Notes: generated from the letters alone by a model not told the origin. DNA of 32,000 nt from Nitrosopumilaceae archaeon (GCA_035935115.1 DASYXK010000021.1:238174-270173), one strand, 5' to 3'. Counted from the first letter of the stretch, positions 8,456 through 16,969 are shown. Made by a program: numbers and translations.

Positions 8456-9256
8456 CTATTCTTTGAGTTTTCCTTCTTGAAAAACACCTGAGCCATACCA
8501 ACAGTATCTAAAATAATCTAGGCACCATTCATGGAAAAGCTGGTCTTTGCTGTAGAACATTTCTCGTATATCTGCGTCCCCATCAAGCGTAGGAAAGACG
8601 ACACATGCTTCCTTTTCATTTAAAACAATTACCACGCTGACATCTTTTTTCATTTTTCTTTCAACTAATCCTTTCTCTAAAAGACTTTTCATGCCAAGTT
8701 TGGCCAAAAGTTTTTTTCTTCCCTTTGGTACGATTGCAGATTCTGAGAAAATATAGTTTAGTTTAACACCATGTTTTACTCTGTTAAGAAGCGGTTCAAT
8801 TAGATCAAGAGGCACTTCGGTAAAAATTTGATAAATGTAATCATCGGCATTTTTGTATATGGATTTCCATTGCTCCAGTACTTTGACAAAGCCCTTCACA
8901 TGTTGACCTCCAGATAATGCCCCAATCCTCTGAATGAATTTCATCGGAATATCTCCAAAATCATGATTTTCAAAATATTTTTTATTTTTTGACAAGAAGA
9001 GCAATGAGGGAACCTGGGTACAGATGGTCTTGCCGTAAGTAGTGAGATCGTAATACCCATCTTTATCCTTCTTTATCAAACCAGCATCAGATAGTCGCTC
9101 AAAATTTCTATGAACTTCCTGAACTGTTGCACCCAGTTCCTTTGCCATATTAGAAATCTTTATTTTTTTCAAAAGAAGGTTAAAGATTATGTTTAGTCTT
9201 TGTTCGCTTGCAAGCTCTAAAAAATCATCTGATGCATTTTCATAATTATTTTCCAT
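8456..9256 (-). CDS. winged-helix (ArsR-like) transcriptional regulator with C-terminal DUF1724-type domain
   Basis: 266 aa. N-terminal RLNIIFNLLLKKIKISNMAKELGATVQEVHRNFERLSDAGLIKKDKDGYYDLTTYG is an HTH/wing pattern. The long C-terminal domain resembles that of archaeal HTH-DUF1724 regulators. Confidence 0.65.
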   Translation of the reverse strand: MENNYENASDDFLELASEQRLNIIFNLLLKKIKISNMAKELGATVQEVHRNFERLSDAGLIKKDKDGYYDLTTYGKTICTQVPSLLFLSKNKKYFENHDFGDIPMKFIQRIGALSGGQHVKGFVKVLEQWKSIYKNADDYIYQIFTEVPLDLIEPLLNRVKHGVKLNYIFSESAIVPKGRKKLLAKLGMKSLLEKGLVERKMKKDVSVVIVLNEKEACVVFPTLDGDADIREMFYSKDQLFHEWCLDYFRYCWYGSGVFQEGKLKE

Positions 9257-9301
9257 ATGCAGACTTTACAAAGTATGAATCTAAATCTTACGTGCATAAA
9301 T

Positions 9302-9421
9302 TCAGGACTCTGGCCAATTTGCACCACATTTTTGACAAGTACCTCTGAACCCTCTATATTTTGTCTCAAATGTTACTATGGCTTCTGGTGAGCCACATCC
9401 AAGACATTCTGTCTTTTCCAT
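9302..9421 (-). CDS. possible 39-aa zinc-ribbon protein
   Basis: MEKTECLGCGSPEAIVTFETKYRGFRGTCQKCGANWPES has two CxxC pairs in an otherwise empty gap. It falls below the ORF-track size cut-off. Confidence 0.4.
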   Translation of the reverse strand: MEKTECLGCGSPEAIVTFETKYRGFRGTCQKCGANWPES

Positions 9422-9727
9422 ACTCTATAGTAACGCATATTTTGTAGATTACCTAAACTCAACAACTTAGCTTATCATTCATACAATTAGCTGATTAGAG
9501 GCTATCAACATCCATTGTATAGTATAGGCATGGAATCAAAATCAGAACTAACACGAACAAAATCCAGCACATGGCACAAGGAAGTGCGTGCACCTTTCAA
9601 GAAGGTAGTCGCATTTGACTTGCTCTTTTATGGCCTAGGTGCAATAACTGGTGCTGGAATCATAGGTGCAATCCTACTTTCTTAAGGGTTGCACATTATT
9701 TTTTAATCATCAAATTCTACCATCAGC

Positions 9728-10900
9728 ATGTCATCATCAAAAGTCACTGCAAGAAAAGCTATAGCATTACACAAGAAACTAAAAGGTAGGATTTTACTTG
9801 GAAATAAAACTCATAAATTAAATCTAAAAGAAATACAGTTGATTTACACTCCAGGAGTTGCGGCTGTAAGTGAAGCCATTTTCCATCACCCAGACCAGAA
9901 ATACATCCTCACATCAAAACGAAATAATGTCGCCATAGTAACTGATGGAACAAGAATTCTAGGATTAGGGAACATTGGTCCATATGCAGCACTTCCAGTC
10001 ATGGAAGGAAAAGCAGTTCTGTATAGACAGTTTGGTGGCATTACTGCATTTCCGTTGTGTCTTAACACAACTAAAAAAGATCAAATCATTAAAACTATTC
10101 AGGCAATAGAGCCAGCTTTTGGTGCAATAAATCTTGAAGATATAGAATCGCCAAAAGTCATGGAGATTGCTGAAGAGCTAGAGAGAAAAATCTCCATTCC
10201 AATATTTCATGACGACAGACATGGAACATCAGTAGTTACCTTGGCTGCATTGTTAAACTCATTAAAACTAGTCAAAAAACAAATCGCCTCAATCAAAATA
10301 ATAATAGCTGGAGCTGGTTCTGCGGGTTTTGGTATTGCAAGTCTACTCAGATTTTCTGGCTGCAAAAACATCATTGTGGTAGATTCAGTTGGTGCAATAT
10401 ACAAAGGAAGAGCTAAAAACATGAATAAATTCAAAAAAATTATCGCGGATTCAACTAATTTGAAAAAAGAAAAAGGGACATTTTTAGAGATCATAAAAAA
10501 CGCAGATGTGTTCATTGGTGTATCAGGAGTCAAGAACATGTTAACATCTGGTATGATCAAAACCATGAATCAAGATCCAATAGTTTTTGCCCTTACAAAT
10601 CCAGAACCTGAGGTTGATCCTTTGATTGCAAAAAAAGCTGGTGTAAAAATTATTGCTACTGGGAGCTACAGGTTTCACAATAGAGTAAACAATGCACTTG
10701 TTTTCCCATATTTAATGAGAGCAATCTTGGATCAAAAAATACGAAAGATAAGCCTTGGCATGCTTTTGGCAACTGCAGAAGCAATAGCAAATACAGTTAC
10801 CAAAAAAGAATTACACTATAACAGAATCATTCCTGATGTTGGAGATAAAAGACTGCAAAAAAACATAACTTTGGCATTAAAAAAATTCTATAAAAAATAA
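9728..10900 (+). CDS. NAD(P)-dependent malic enzyme (short form)
   Basis: 390 aa. YTPGVA, VAIVTDGTRILGLGNIGPYAALPVMEGKAVLY, FGAINLEDI, FHDDRHGTSVV and GAGSAG Rossmann motif. Confidence 0.9.
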   Translation: MSSSKVTARKAIALHKKLKGRILLGNKTHKLNLKEIQLIYTPGVAAVSEAIFHHPDQKYILTSKRNNVAIVTDGTRILGLGNIGPYAALPVMEGKAVLYRQFGGITAFPLCLNTTKKDQIIKTIQAIEPAFGAINLEDIESPKVMEIAEELERKISIPIFHDDRHGTSVVTLAALLNSLKLVKKQIASIKIIIAGAGSAGFGIASLLRFSGCKNIIVVDSVGAIYKGRAKNMNKFKKIIADSTNLKKEKGTFLEIIKNADVFIGVSGVKNMLTSGMIKTMNQDPIVFALTNPEPEVDPLIAKKAGVKIIATGSYRFHNRVNNALVFPYLMRAILDQKIRKISLGMLLATAEAIANTVTKKELHYNRIIPDVGDKRLQKNITLALKKFYKK

Positions 10901-11212
10901 CACACATAATTAGAATAAACCCATTTTGAGGTTCTGTCAAATCTACGGGACAAATTTTTTATCTCTGTCAAGTGTCGGGACATTATCCAAGACTCTTGTT
11001 ATTATCTGTCTTGTATTTTTCTTCGTAATTTCGCATACAAAATCTGTATGTCCGATCAGAACTTACTAAGTGAAATCATGGATTTGTTAAGCATAATTGC
11101 AGAAATTGTTTTTAGTTGGAAGTGTGTAGATAGGATCAGATTGAATAGAAAAACTCCAAGCGATCAGTCATACGAGACTGTTGTTATTAACAGTCCTAGA
11201 TGATTCTCTCTG

Positions 11213-11674
11213 TCAGTTCTTGGGTTTATAATCTGCAAGAGTCTTATCAACAAATTCTAGTAATTCCTTTAGTACATCTTGAGATCGATCTAGTTTTTCA
11301 TAATACTGTCGAATAAGATCTTTGTCAATTTCATAGGCTTTTGCCTCCCTTAAAAATGCTGATTTCATTACAGGTATTTTGGAATATTTCTTTGCAAACT
11401 GCTTTAATGTTTTACCACTTGACACACTGATTGCAATAGCAAGAAGCATCGTAAATATGTGATAATTAGATACAAAATCTAATGTAACATATGATAATCG
11501 AGTTGCTCTAGTAATTATGTAACTTTGTGAATGTAAAAGTATTGCAATGTTTTGAGTATAAATTTCTGTGAATGGTGCAAGTACACTTTCTGACATTTTA
11601 ATTATTATATTAAAGAATATGATAACTAACAGACCTGCTATGCTGAATGATATTGGAATAATGAAAAAAACCAT
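11213..11674 (-). CDS. hypothetical membrane protein; possibly the 3' part of a frameshifted gene
   Basis: 153-aa ORF with hydrophobic segments and a helical charged C-terminus. It overlaps the upstream ORF by 37 nt across a T7 run. Confidence 0.4.
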   Translation of the reverse strand: MVFFIIPISFSIAGLLVIIFFNIIIKMSESVLAPFTEIYTQNIAILLHSQSYIITRATRLSYVTLDFVSNYHIFTMLLAIAISVSSGKTLKQFAKKYSKIPVMKSAFLREAKAYEIDKDLIRQYYEKLDRSQDVLKELLEFVDKTLADYKPKN

Positions 11675-11910
11675 TGAGCAAGAGGATTAGAAATAACACC
11701 AATAATAATCGATAAACCTACTCCAAGACCTGATAATATGAAATTTCTATTAATTTTAAAATCAGAGATTGCCTTGTCAAATGCACTCTCATATTTTTTA
11801 AGTTCATTTTGTAGAACTTCAATTGTAGTTTTATGGTATAAATCGATACGAGAGATTAACCACTTTTTTTCTTCAAGTTCACCGATGCCTGCTGGATTAA
11901 TGTCTGCCAT
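11638..11910 (-). CDS. hypothetical protein (coiled-coil N-terminus plus TM); possibly the 5' part of a frameshifted gene
   Basis: The 90-aa ORF ends 26 nt after the T7 run at 11664-11670. A -1 shift there continues into ORF 11213-11674. Confidence 0.4.
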   Translation of the reverse strand: MADINPAGIGELEEKKWLISRIDLYHKTTIEVLQNELKKYESAFDKAISDFKINRNFILSGLGVGLSIIIGVISNPLAQWFFSLFQYHSA

Positions 11911-12035
11911 TTATTATCACCCTCAATCTTGATGCCACAAACTTCTGCAGGAATCTTTCCATTTAATCCCATGTGTGGTCTTAGATAGTTATGATACATT
12001 TGATATCCATCAAAAATCATGAACAAATCTTTTTG
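11889..12035 (-). pseudogene. C-terminal remnant of a DDE/rve-type transposase (IS6-like)
   Basis: Translation ...FDGYQMYHNYLRPHMGLNGKIPAEVCGIKIEGDNKWQTLIQQA is the characteristic YN..RPH..L.GKTPAE tail of integrase-core transposases. No catalytic domain lies upstream. Confidence 0.6.
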
Positions 12036-12057
12036 TATTAATAGATATAAGTAACAA

Positions 12058-12336
12058 TTGAAGAACGTGACATTTGATCCAAACCAACTCAAACCAAAAT
12101 ACGCACCTCATAATACTCTAGAAGAAGGTTGGACTTACATTTCAATACCTGATGATGATGTTATTATTGGCATACGAGTAGCAGTAACGAAGGTTATGAA
12201 ATTAACTACTCCTGATGGTAGTGTAGCAAAAGATCCAACAGGAACACCACTTTATACATTTCAATCTACTAATGTTGTCCGTACCTTAACTAGAGAAGAA
12301 TACGAAGTAGAAAAAAAACGTGGAATTTCGAAATAA
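12058..12336 (+). CDS. hypothetical protein
   Basis: 92-aa ORF with a non-ATG (TTG) start, beginning just beyond the break point of the transposase remnant. No motif recognised. Confidence 0.35.
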   Translation: MKNVTFDPNQLKPKYAPHNTLEEGWTYISIPDDDVIIGIRVAVTKVMKLTTPDGSVAKDPTGTPLYTFQSTNVVRTLTREEYEVEKKRGISK

Positions 12337-12600
12337 CTTTTGAAAATCAATTGAAGGTAAAATATAAAAATTAAAAATTTCCAACTTATATAAAATAGAC
12401 ACGATGAAAAAAGCCTCAGCTAAGCCACGATAAGCAACATCACTAATGCCAATACTTCCATTCTCATTTTGGGAAACAACTTTAGCTTTCAAGGAATCTA
12501 AAGGTACAAGTTTCATACCACCACATTTAGGACAATTGCCAGCCTTGTCTTGCCTCACTTCTGGATGCATCGGGCAAGTGTATACTTCCATTTGTTTCAA
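12286..12600 (-). CDS. heavy-metal-binding-domain (YTCPMHPEV...CPKCG.MKL) protein, probably truncated
   Basis: Residues 7-33, YTCPMHPEVRQDKAGNCPKCGGMKLVP, match the metal-binding domain usually found at the N-terminus of copper efflux or transport proteins. The remaining ~65 aa are low complexity, and the 3' end overlaps the end of the convergent ORF. Confidence 0.45.
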   Translation of the reverse strand: MKQMEVYTCPMHPEVRQDKAGNCPKCGGMKLVPLDSLKAKVVSQNENGSIGISDVAYRGLAEAFFIVSILYKLEIFNFYILPSIDFQKLFRNSTFFFYFVFFSS

Positions 12601-12647
12601 TAATCGTTTAAGCAGTTTTTAAGTTCTATTTGCTTGCAGTAAGTGAT

Positions 12648-12953
12648 TTATGGATTCTTTCCCTTGAATTGAAAGAAAATTTCCTTTCTTGTTCCTTCTT
12701 GGTCCCATGCAGCAACCTTGTACCTGCCAGAAGTTTTCCATTGTTTTGTGTCAAACTTTAAAACAGTAGAGTAGGAATTCTTTTGTGAATTAATGTATTG
12801 ATCTGCACTAAACACTTCCTTTTCTGATGGATCAAAGACAACAAAGTGTAATGTCTGTTTTGGATTAAGGGCTTCATAATCTAATTTTATCTTTGCATAC
12901 TCGCCTTCGTTGTAAATTGCCTTGTCTATATTTAGTATGATTTTATTTGTCAT
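12648..12953 (-). CDS. hypothetical small beta-rich protein
   Basis: 101-aa ORF 12 nt downstream of the aldehyde dehydrogenase gene on the same strand. IDKAIYNEGEYAKIKL faintly resembles macroglobulin MG-domain starts, which is weak evidence. Confidence 0.45.
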   Translation of the reverse strand: MTNKIILNIDKAIYNEGEYAKIKLDYEALNPKQTLHFVVFDPSEKEVFSADQYINSQKNSYSTVLKFDTKQWKTSGRYKVAAWDQEGTRKEIFFQFKGKNP

Positions 12954-12965
12954 AGATTGGAATCC

Positions 12966-14354
12966 TTATTCTACGTGATGGTGGTGAACCAATTGATCAT
13001 AGAATCTTATTGATTTTATGTTGACAAACTCTAACATGCCATATCTTGACAGTTCTCTTCCAAATCCACTGTGTTTTACACCACCAAAAGGAATCCTAGG
13101 GTCTGAGATCAAGACGTTGTTAACTGTCACCATTCCAGATTCTACCATTCTTGACAATTTTTCTGCTTTTATCAGATCCTGTGTCCATATACTTGCTCCA
13201 AGACCAAATTGAGAGTCATTTGCAATTTTTATTGCCTCCATCTCACTATTAACAACAGTAATTGGTGCCACAGGACCAAATGTCTCCTCTTGAGCCATAC
13301 GCATTTTTGTAGAAATCTTGGTAAGAATAGTTGGACTGTAGAAATAGCCTTTGTTTTTGATTCTTTTTCCACCGGTCAGTACTTCTGCACCGTTTTTGAC
13401 AGCATCTGTTACCAGTTCTTCTATCTTATTTAGACCATCAGCATTTACCAGTGGACCAATATCAGTATCTTCCAAAGTAGGATCACCTACACGAAGTTTT
13501 TCTGTGTTTTGAACAAATTTTTCAATAAATTCTTTTGAAATGTTTTTTGTTACCAAGAATCTTTTTGATGCAATACAGCTCTGACCACAATTAATAAAAC
13601 GTCCTTTGACAGCTCCATTTGCGGCTTTTTCCACATCAGCGTCATCACAAACTATGAAAGGATCGCTTCCTCCTAACTCTAAAACGCATTTTTTTAGCTG
13701 CGATGTTGCCCTCTGAGCTACTTTTGCACCTACTGAAGTACTTCCCGTAAATGTTACTGCGTTGATATCTGAATCAATCATTGATTCCACAATGCTAGAG
13801 TCGCCAACTAGAGTTTGGAACACACCGTCAGGAAATCCTGCTTTTTTAAACAAATGTTCTATTTCAATTCCACATTGCATTGTTGCACTGGCTGGTTTGA
13901 GAACTATGGTATTTCCTGCCATCAAAGATGGTGCTGCAAATCGTAGTGCTTGCCAGTAAGGAAAGTTCCACGGCATTATACTTCCAATTATTCCAATTGG
14001 TTCAAATGACAAAAAGCTCTTTCTTGCATCAGTGTTAACAATCTCAGGATTCAAGAAAATATCTCCATTGTCACCATAAAATTCCATAGCCCATGCACAT
14101 TTTTCTACTTCGGAAAGCGCTTCCTTGATTGGCTTTCCCATTTCTTTTGTTGCCACATGAGCAAGATCAGTTTTATTTTTTCTTAATTCGTCAGCTAGAG
14201 TATGTACAAACGCGGATCTTTTTTTAATGTCTTTCTTCCATTCGTTAAAAGCAGTTCTTGATTTTTTTACAGATTCATTTATCTTTTCTTTGCTTATGAT
14301 TTCATATTCAGCAATGATTTCCTCAGTAGTAGGATTAATTGTTTTTACTGTCAT
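12966..14354 (-). CDS. NAD(P)+-dependent aldehyde dehydrogenase (succinate-semialdehyde dehydrogenase-like)
   Basis: 462 aa. WNFPYWQ, FTGSTSVG, LELGGSDP (catalytic Glu) and FINCGQSCIAS (catalytic Cys). Confidence 0.9.
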   Translation of the reverse strand: MTVKTINPTTEEIIAEYEIISKEKINESVKKSRTAFNEWKKDIKKRSAFVHTLADELRKNKTDLAHVATKEMGKPIKEALSEVEKCAWAMEFYGDNGDIFLNPEIVNTDARKSFLSFEPIGIIGSIMPWNFPYWQALRFAAPSLMAGNTIVLKPASATMQCGIEIEHLFKKAGFPDGVFQTLVGDSSIVESMIDSDINAVTFTGSTSVGAKVAQRATSQLKKCVLELGGSDPFIVCDDADVEKAANGAVKGRFINCGQSCIASKRFLVTKNISKEFIEKFVQNTEKLRVGDPTLEDTDIGPLVNADGLNKIEELVTDAVKNGAEVLTGGKRIKNKGYFYSPTILTKISTKMRMAQEETFGPVAPITVVNSEMEAIKIANDSQFGLGASIWTQDLIKAEKLSRMVESGMVTVNNVLISDPRIPFGGVKHSGFGRELSRYGMLEFVNIKSIRFYDQLVHHHHVE

Positions 14355-14433
14355 ACCAAACCAATGCCATTATTGTATTAGAATGTTACATTAGTTTTCA
14401 ATCTAATACAAAAAATTAGCGTGAATTCGATAC

Positions 14434-14442
14434 TTTAAATAT
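14434..14442 (+). promoter_or_regulatory. TATA-like box upstream of the patatin-like gene
   Basis: tttaaatat is centred about 23 nt upstream of the ATG at 14461. Confidence 0.35.
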
Positions 14443-14460
14443 TTTTCAACAATACCACTA

Positions 14461-15561
14461 ATGATGCAAAAAGTATCAACGCATGATGATAAAAATTTGA
14501 ATTTTGAAACGGTACTTGTACTACAGGGTGGAGGTTCTCTTGGCGCCTATGAATGCGGAGTTTACAAAACATTAGATAAACACAGAATAAAGTTGGATGT
14601 GGTTGCAGGAACCTCAATGGGTGGAATTAATGCTGTCATAATAGCTGGGTCTAAAAGTGATGAACCTGTGAAAAATCTTGAAGATTTTTGGTTAAATCTG
14701 GCAGAAACTGTTACCCCATCATTTCTAGCACAAGGTAAACGGGCACAATTATCATCAATGTTTGTCTCCATGTGGGGAACTCCTAATGCGTTCCAGCCGA
14801 TATGGTTCATACCAAATCTATTCAATTTTCTAAATTATAATAGCCCTTACCTTTACGATGTTGAACCATTAAAAAAGACAATAAGAAATTATGTTGATTT
14901 TGAAAAATTAAAAAATCCGAATAGTCCCAGACTCATCATTACATCTACAGATATACAAAACGGCAAGCCTTCCATATTTGATAGCAAGTATGATAAAATT
15001 AACGAGTCCCATATTGTTGCAGGTTGTGGTTATCCTTTCTATGGTATTGCATGGACAGAAATAAGTGGCAAATACCTATGGGACGGATCCTTGTTGAGTA
15101 ATACCCCATTAGCAGAGGTGATAAATGCGTCACCAATATATGATAAAAAAGTGTATGTGGTTGATCTGTTTCCACATATCCAAGAAAACCTACCAAAAAA
15201 TATGATGGAATCATGGCACAGAGCAAGAGATATCATGGATTCTGATAAAACAGAGCATGCAATCAGAATGTCAAAAATTATTTCAAGATATCTTTCTTTG
15301 ATAAAAAATATGCATGATTTTATAGAATCTTCTAATCTTGATGAAAAAGCAAAAAAGGAATTTGAAAAAATAGAATCAGAATATGACAAATTGGCATGTC
15401 AACGAGGCACAATAATAAGAGAAATAATTCGCATAAGGCGACAAGAAGATGGAGATTCACACTTTCTCTTTGAGAATGCAGACTTTTCACTTGCTACTAT
15501 TAAACAACTAATTAGTGACGGCGAAAAAGACGCAGAGAAAATATTGTTGTCTAAATCATAG
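14461..15561 (+). CDS. patatin-like phospholipase
   Basis: 366 aa. Oxyanion GGGSLG, nucleophile elbow GTSMG and catalytic Asp in WDGSLLSNTP, followed by a helical C-terminal extension. Confidence 0.85.
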   Translation: MMQKVSTHDDKNLNFETVLVLQGGGSLGAYECGVYKTLDKHRIKLDVVAGTSMGGINAVIIAGSKSDEPVKNLEDFWLNLAETVTPSFLAQGKRAQLSSMFVSMWGTPNAFQPIWFIPNLFNFLNYNSPYLYDVEPLKKTIRNYVDFEKLKNPNSPRLIITSTDIQNGKPSIFDSKYDKINESHIVAGCGYPFYGIAWTEISGKYLWDGSLLSNTPLAEVINASPIYDKKVYVVDLFPHIQENLPKNMMESWHRARDIMDSDKTEHAIRMSKIISRYLSLIKNMHDFIESSNLDEKAKKEFEKIESEYDKLACQRGTIIREIIRIRRQEDGDSHFLFENADFSLATIKQLISDGEKDAEKILLSKS

Positions 15562-15572
15562 AGAAATCAGAT

Positions 15573-15956
15573 TTATTGCAATCCAATTATTTTCATAATC
15601 TTGTTTGCAAACTTGTCTATATCTACGGTTGATTCTGCAGAAACTAACAAGACGTTTGAGTTTATCGGAAAACTCAGCATTACTGCTTTTTGCCTGCGAG
15701 ATGCAGAGTATTTTACAGGGCCAAGACTATAATCAAAATCTTTTCTCATAGATACTCGTAATGCCAACTCCATGTACATTTTTTGTCGCTCTGCCTCATC
15801 TTCAAGTGGTGTTATTCCTTCCTTAAAACCGCCTGCAACAAGTCGACCCATTGAATTTATGAAACCTGCGAATCTTATTTCTTCTTCTTGTAAAAGTCTG
15901 TTACATTTTTGATCAAATAACCAATATTCATCTGTTTTTTCTTTTTGCGTACTCAT
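15573..15956 (-). CDS. hypothetical protein (possibly Roadblock/LC7-like fold)
   Basis: The ORF extends to 16049. I prefer the start at MSTQKEK (15956). IRFAGFINSMGRLVAGGF resembles Roadblock-like small proteins, but the assignment is weak. Confidence 0.4.
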   Translation of the reverse strand: MSTQKEKTDEYWLFDQKCNRLLQEEEIRFAGFINSMGRLVAGGFKEGITPLEDEAERQKMYMELALRVSMRKDFDYSLGPVKYSASRRQKAVMLSFPINSNVLLVSAESTVDIDKFANKIMKIIGLQ

Positions 15957-16108
15957 TACCAATAATTCCTCAGCATAACATAAAAACGCTACTCTGTTTT
16001 TAACTATTTCTACATCATTCCTATATCTCAAAAAACAAACATATTTCATAAAAAAAATTCTACCACATCAGTTGTTAAACTAAAATAATGCGCTTTTAAT
16101 TTACGGGT

Positions 16109-16483
16109 ATGATTACCGTAAACTGTAGAGAAATAGAAGGCATAAAATCAGCACTTGCAGTGTATGTGTCTGATCAAATAGGAGTCATTCCTGCACTCAA
16201 ATCTCATGAATTTATGTTAGCTACAATAGATGATCAAGAAAAAATTGATGAGAGTAGAGTAATAAAATCAATAAAAGATTTCTTAAGTTCTATTGGTGAA
16301 GAAAAAAACTTTGCAGTATTACATAAGAATAACGTAATTTCCATCGTATCAATAAATGGTAAAGTTTTGGAGTCTGCAGATAATCTATCTACAGATCAAT
16401 TTTTTTCATGTACGCATTGCGGTTACATCACAAGGTATGAAACAGTTTACAAAAACCATGAAAAAATCCATTACCTAGTCTAA
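16109..16483 (+). CDS. protein with C-terminal C2H2 zinc finger
   Basis: 124 aa ending in FSCTHCGYITRYETVYKNHEKIH, which gives C-x2-C-x12-H-x3-H. Confidence 0.6.
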   Translation: MITVNCREIEGIKSALAVYVSDQIGVIPALKSHEFMLATIDDQEKIDESRVIKSIKDFLSSIGEEKNFAVLHKNNVISIVSINGKVLESADNLSTDQFFSCTHCGYITRYETVYKNHEKIHYLV

Positions 16484-16500
16484 TAACATTTGAAGAAAAA

Positions 16501-16785
16501 TCATTGTGAAATTACATTATAAAACTTTGGTTGTGGCAAGCCATCCATATACGAATGACTTTTCGATTGAATTTGGGCATGTTCTGATGTTTGATGCATT
16601 TTTTCAAATTTTGCCTTGCTTTCAAATTCAACTAACATTAGATGTCTACCATTGTGTGATTCTAAAAGTCTCCTACCAATGAATCCGTCAAAATTTGCCA
16701 GTGTTTTGTTTGATTCTTCAACCCAATTTTTAAATTCCGACTCTAATCCTTTTTTTATCTGGATCTCTGCTATCACAATGAACAT
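16501..16785 (-). CDS. antibiotic-biosynthesis-monooxygenase (ABM/Dabb fold) domain protein
   Basis: MFIVIAEIQIKKGLESEFKNWVEESNKTLANFDGFIGRRLLES...LVEFESKAKFEKMHQTSEH is the typical ~95-aa ABM pattern. The start is moved to M36 (16785); an AT-rich TATA-like stretch lies about 29 nt upstream. Confidence 0.55.
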   Translation of the reverse strand: MFIVIAEIQIKKGLESEFKNWVEESNKTLANFDGFIGRRLLESHNGRHLMLVEFESKAKFEKMHQTSEHAQIQSKSHSYMDGLPQPKFYNVISQ

Positions 16786-16969
16786 GAAATTTTTCAATAT
16801 TGTTTGATTTAATAATATTTCTCTGATTATCAATTCTAAAAAATGCGCCGTAATCATTTGTAAAATGGAGCATGTCTTGGACAAACTCATTTCATAAATA
16901 TAATCAACATAAAACCACTTTATCTAAATCAGAATAACACTAATTACTGGACGTTTAATCGTATTAATT

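Noticed and set aside
12966-12989. Aldehyde dehydrogenase ends in ...LVHHHHVE, which looks like an affinity tag
   Set aside because: It has only four His, is followed by native-looking residues and has no vector-like sequence around it. It is most simply a natural C-terminus; I note it as a curiosity only.
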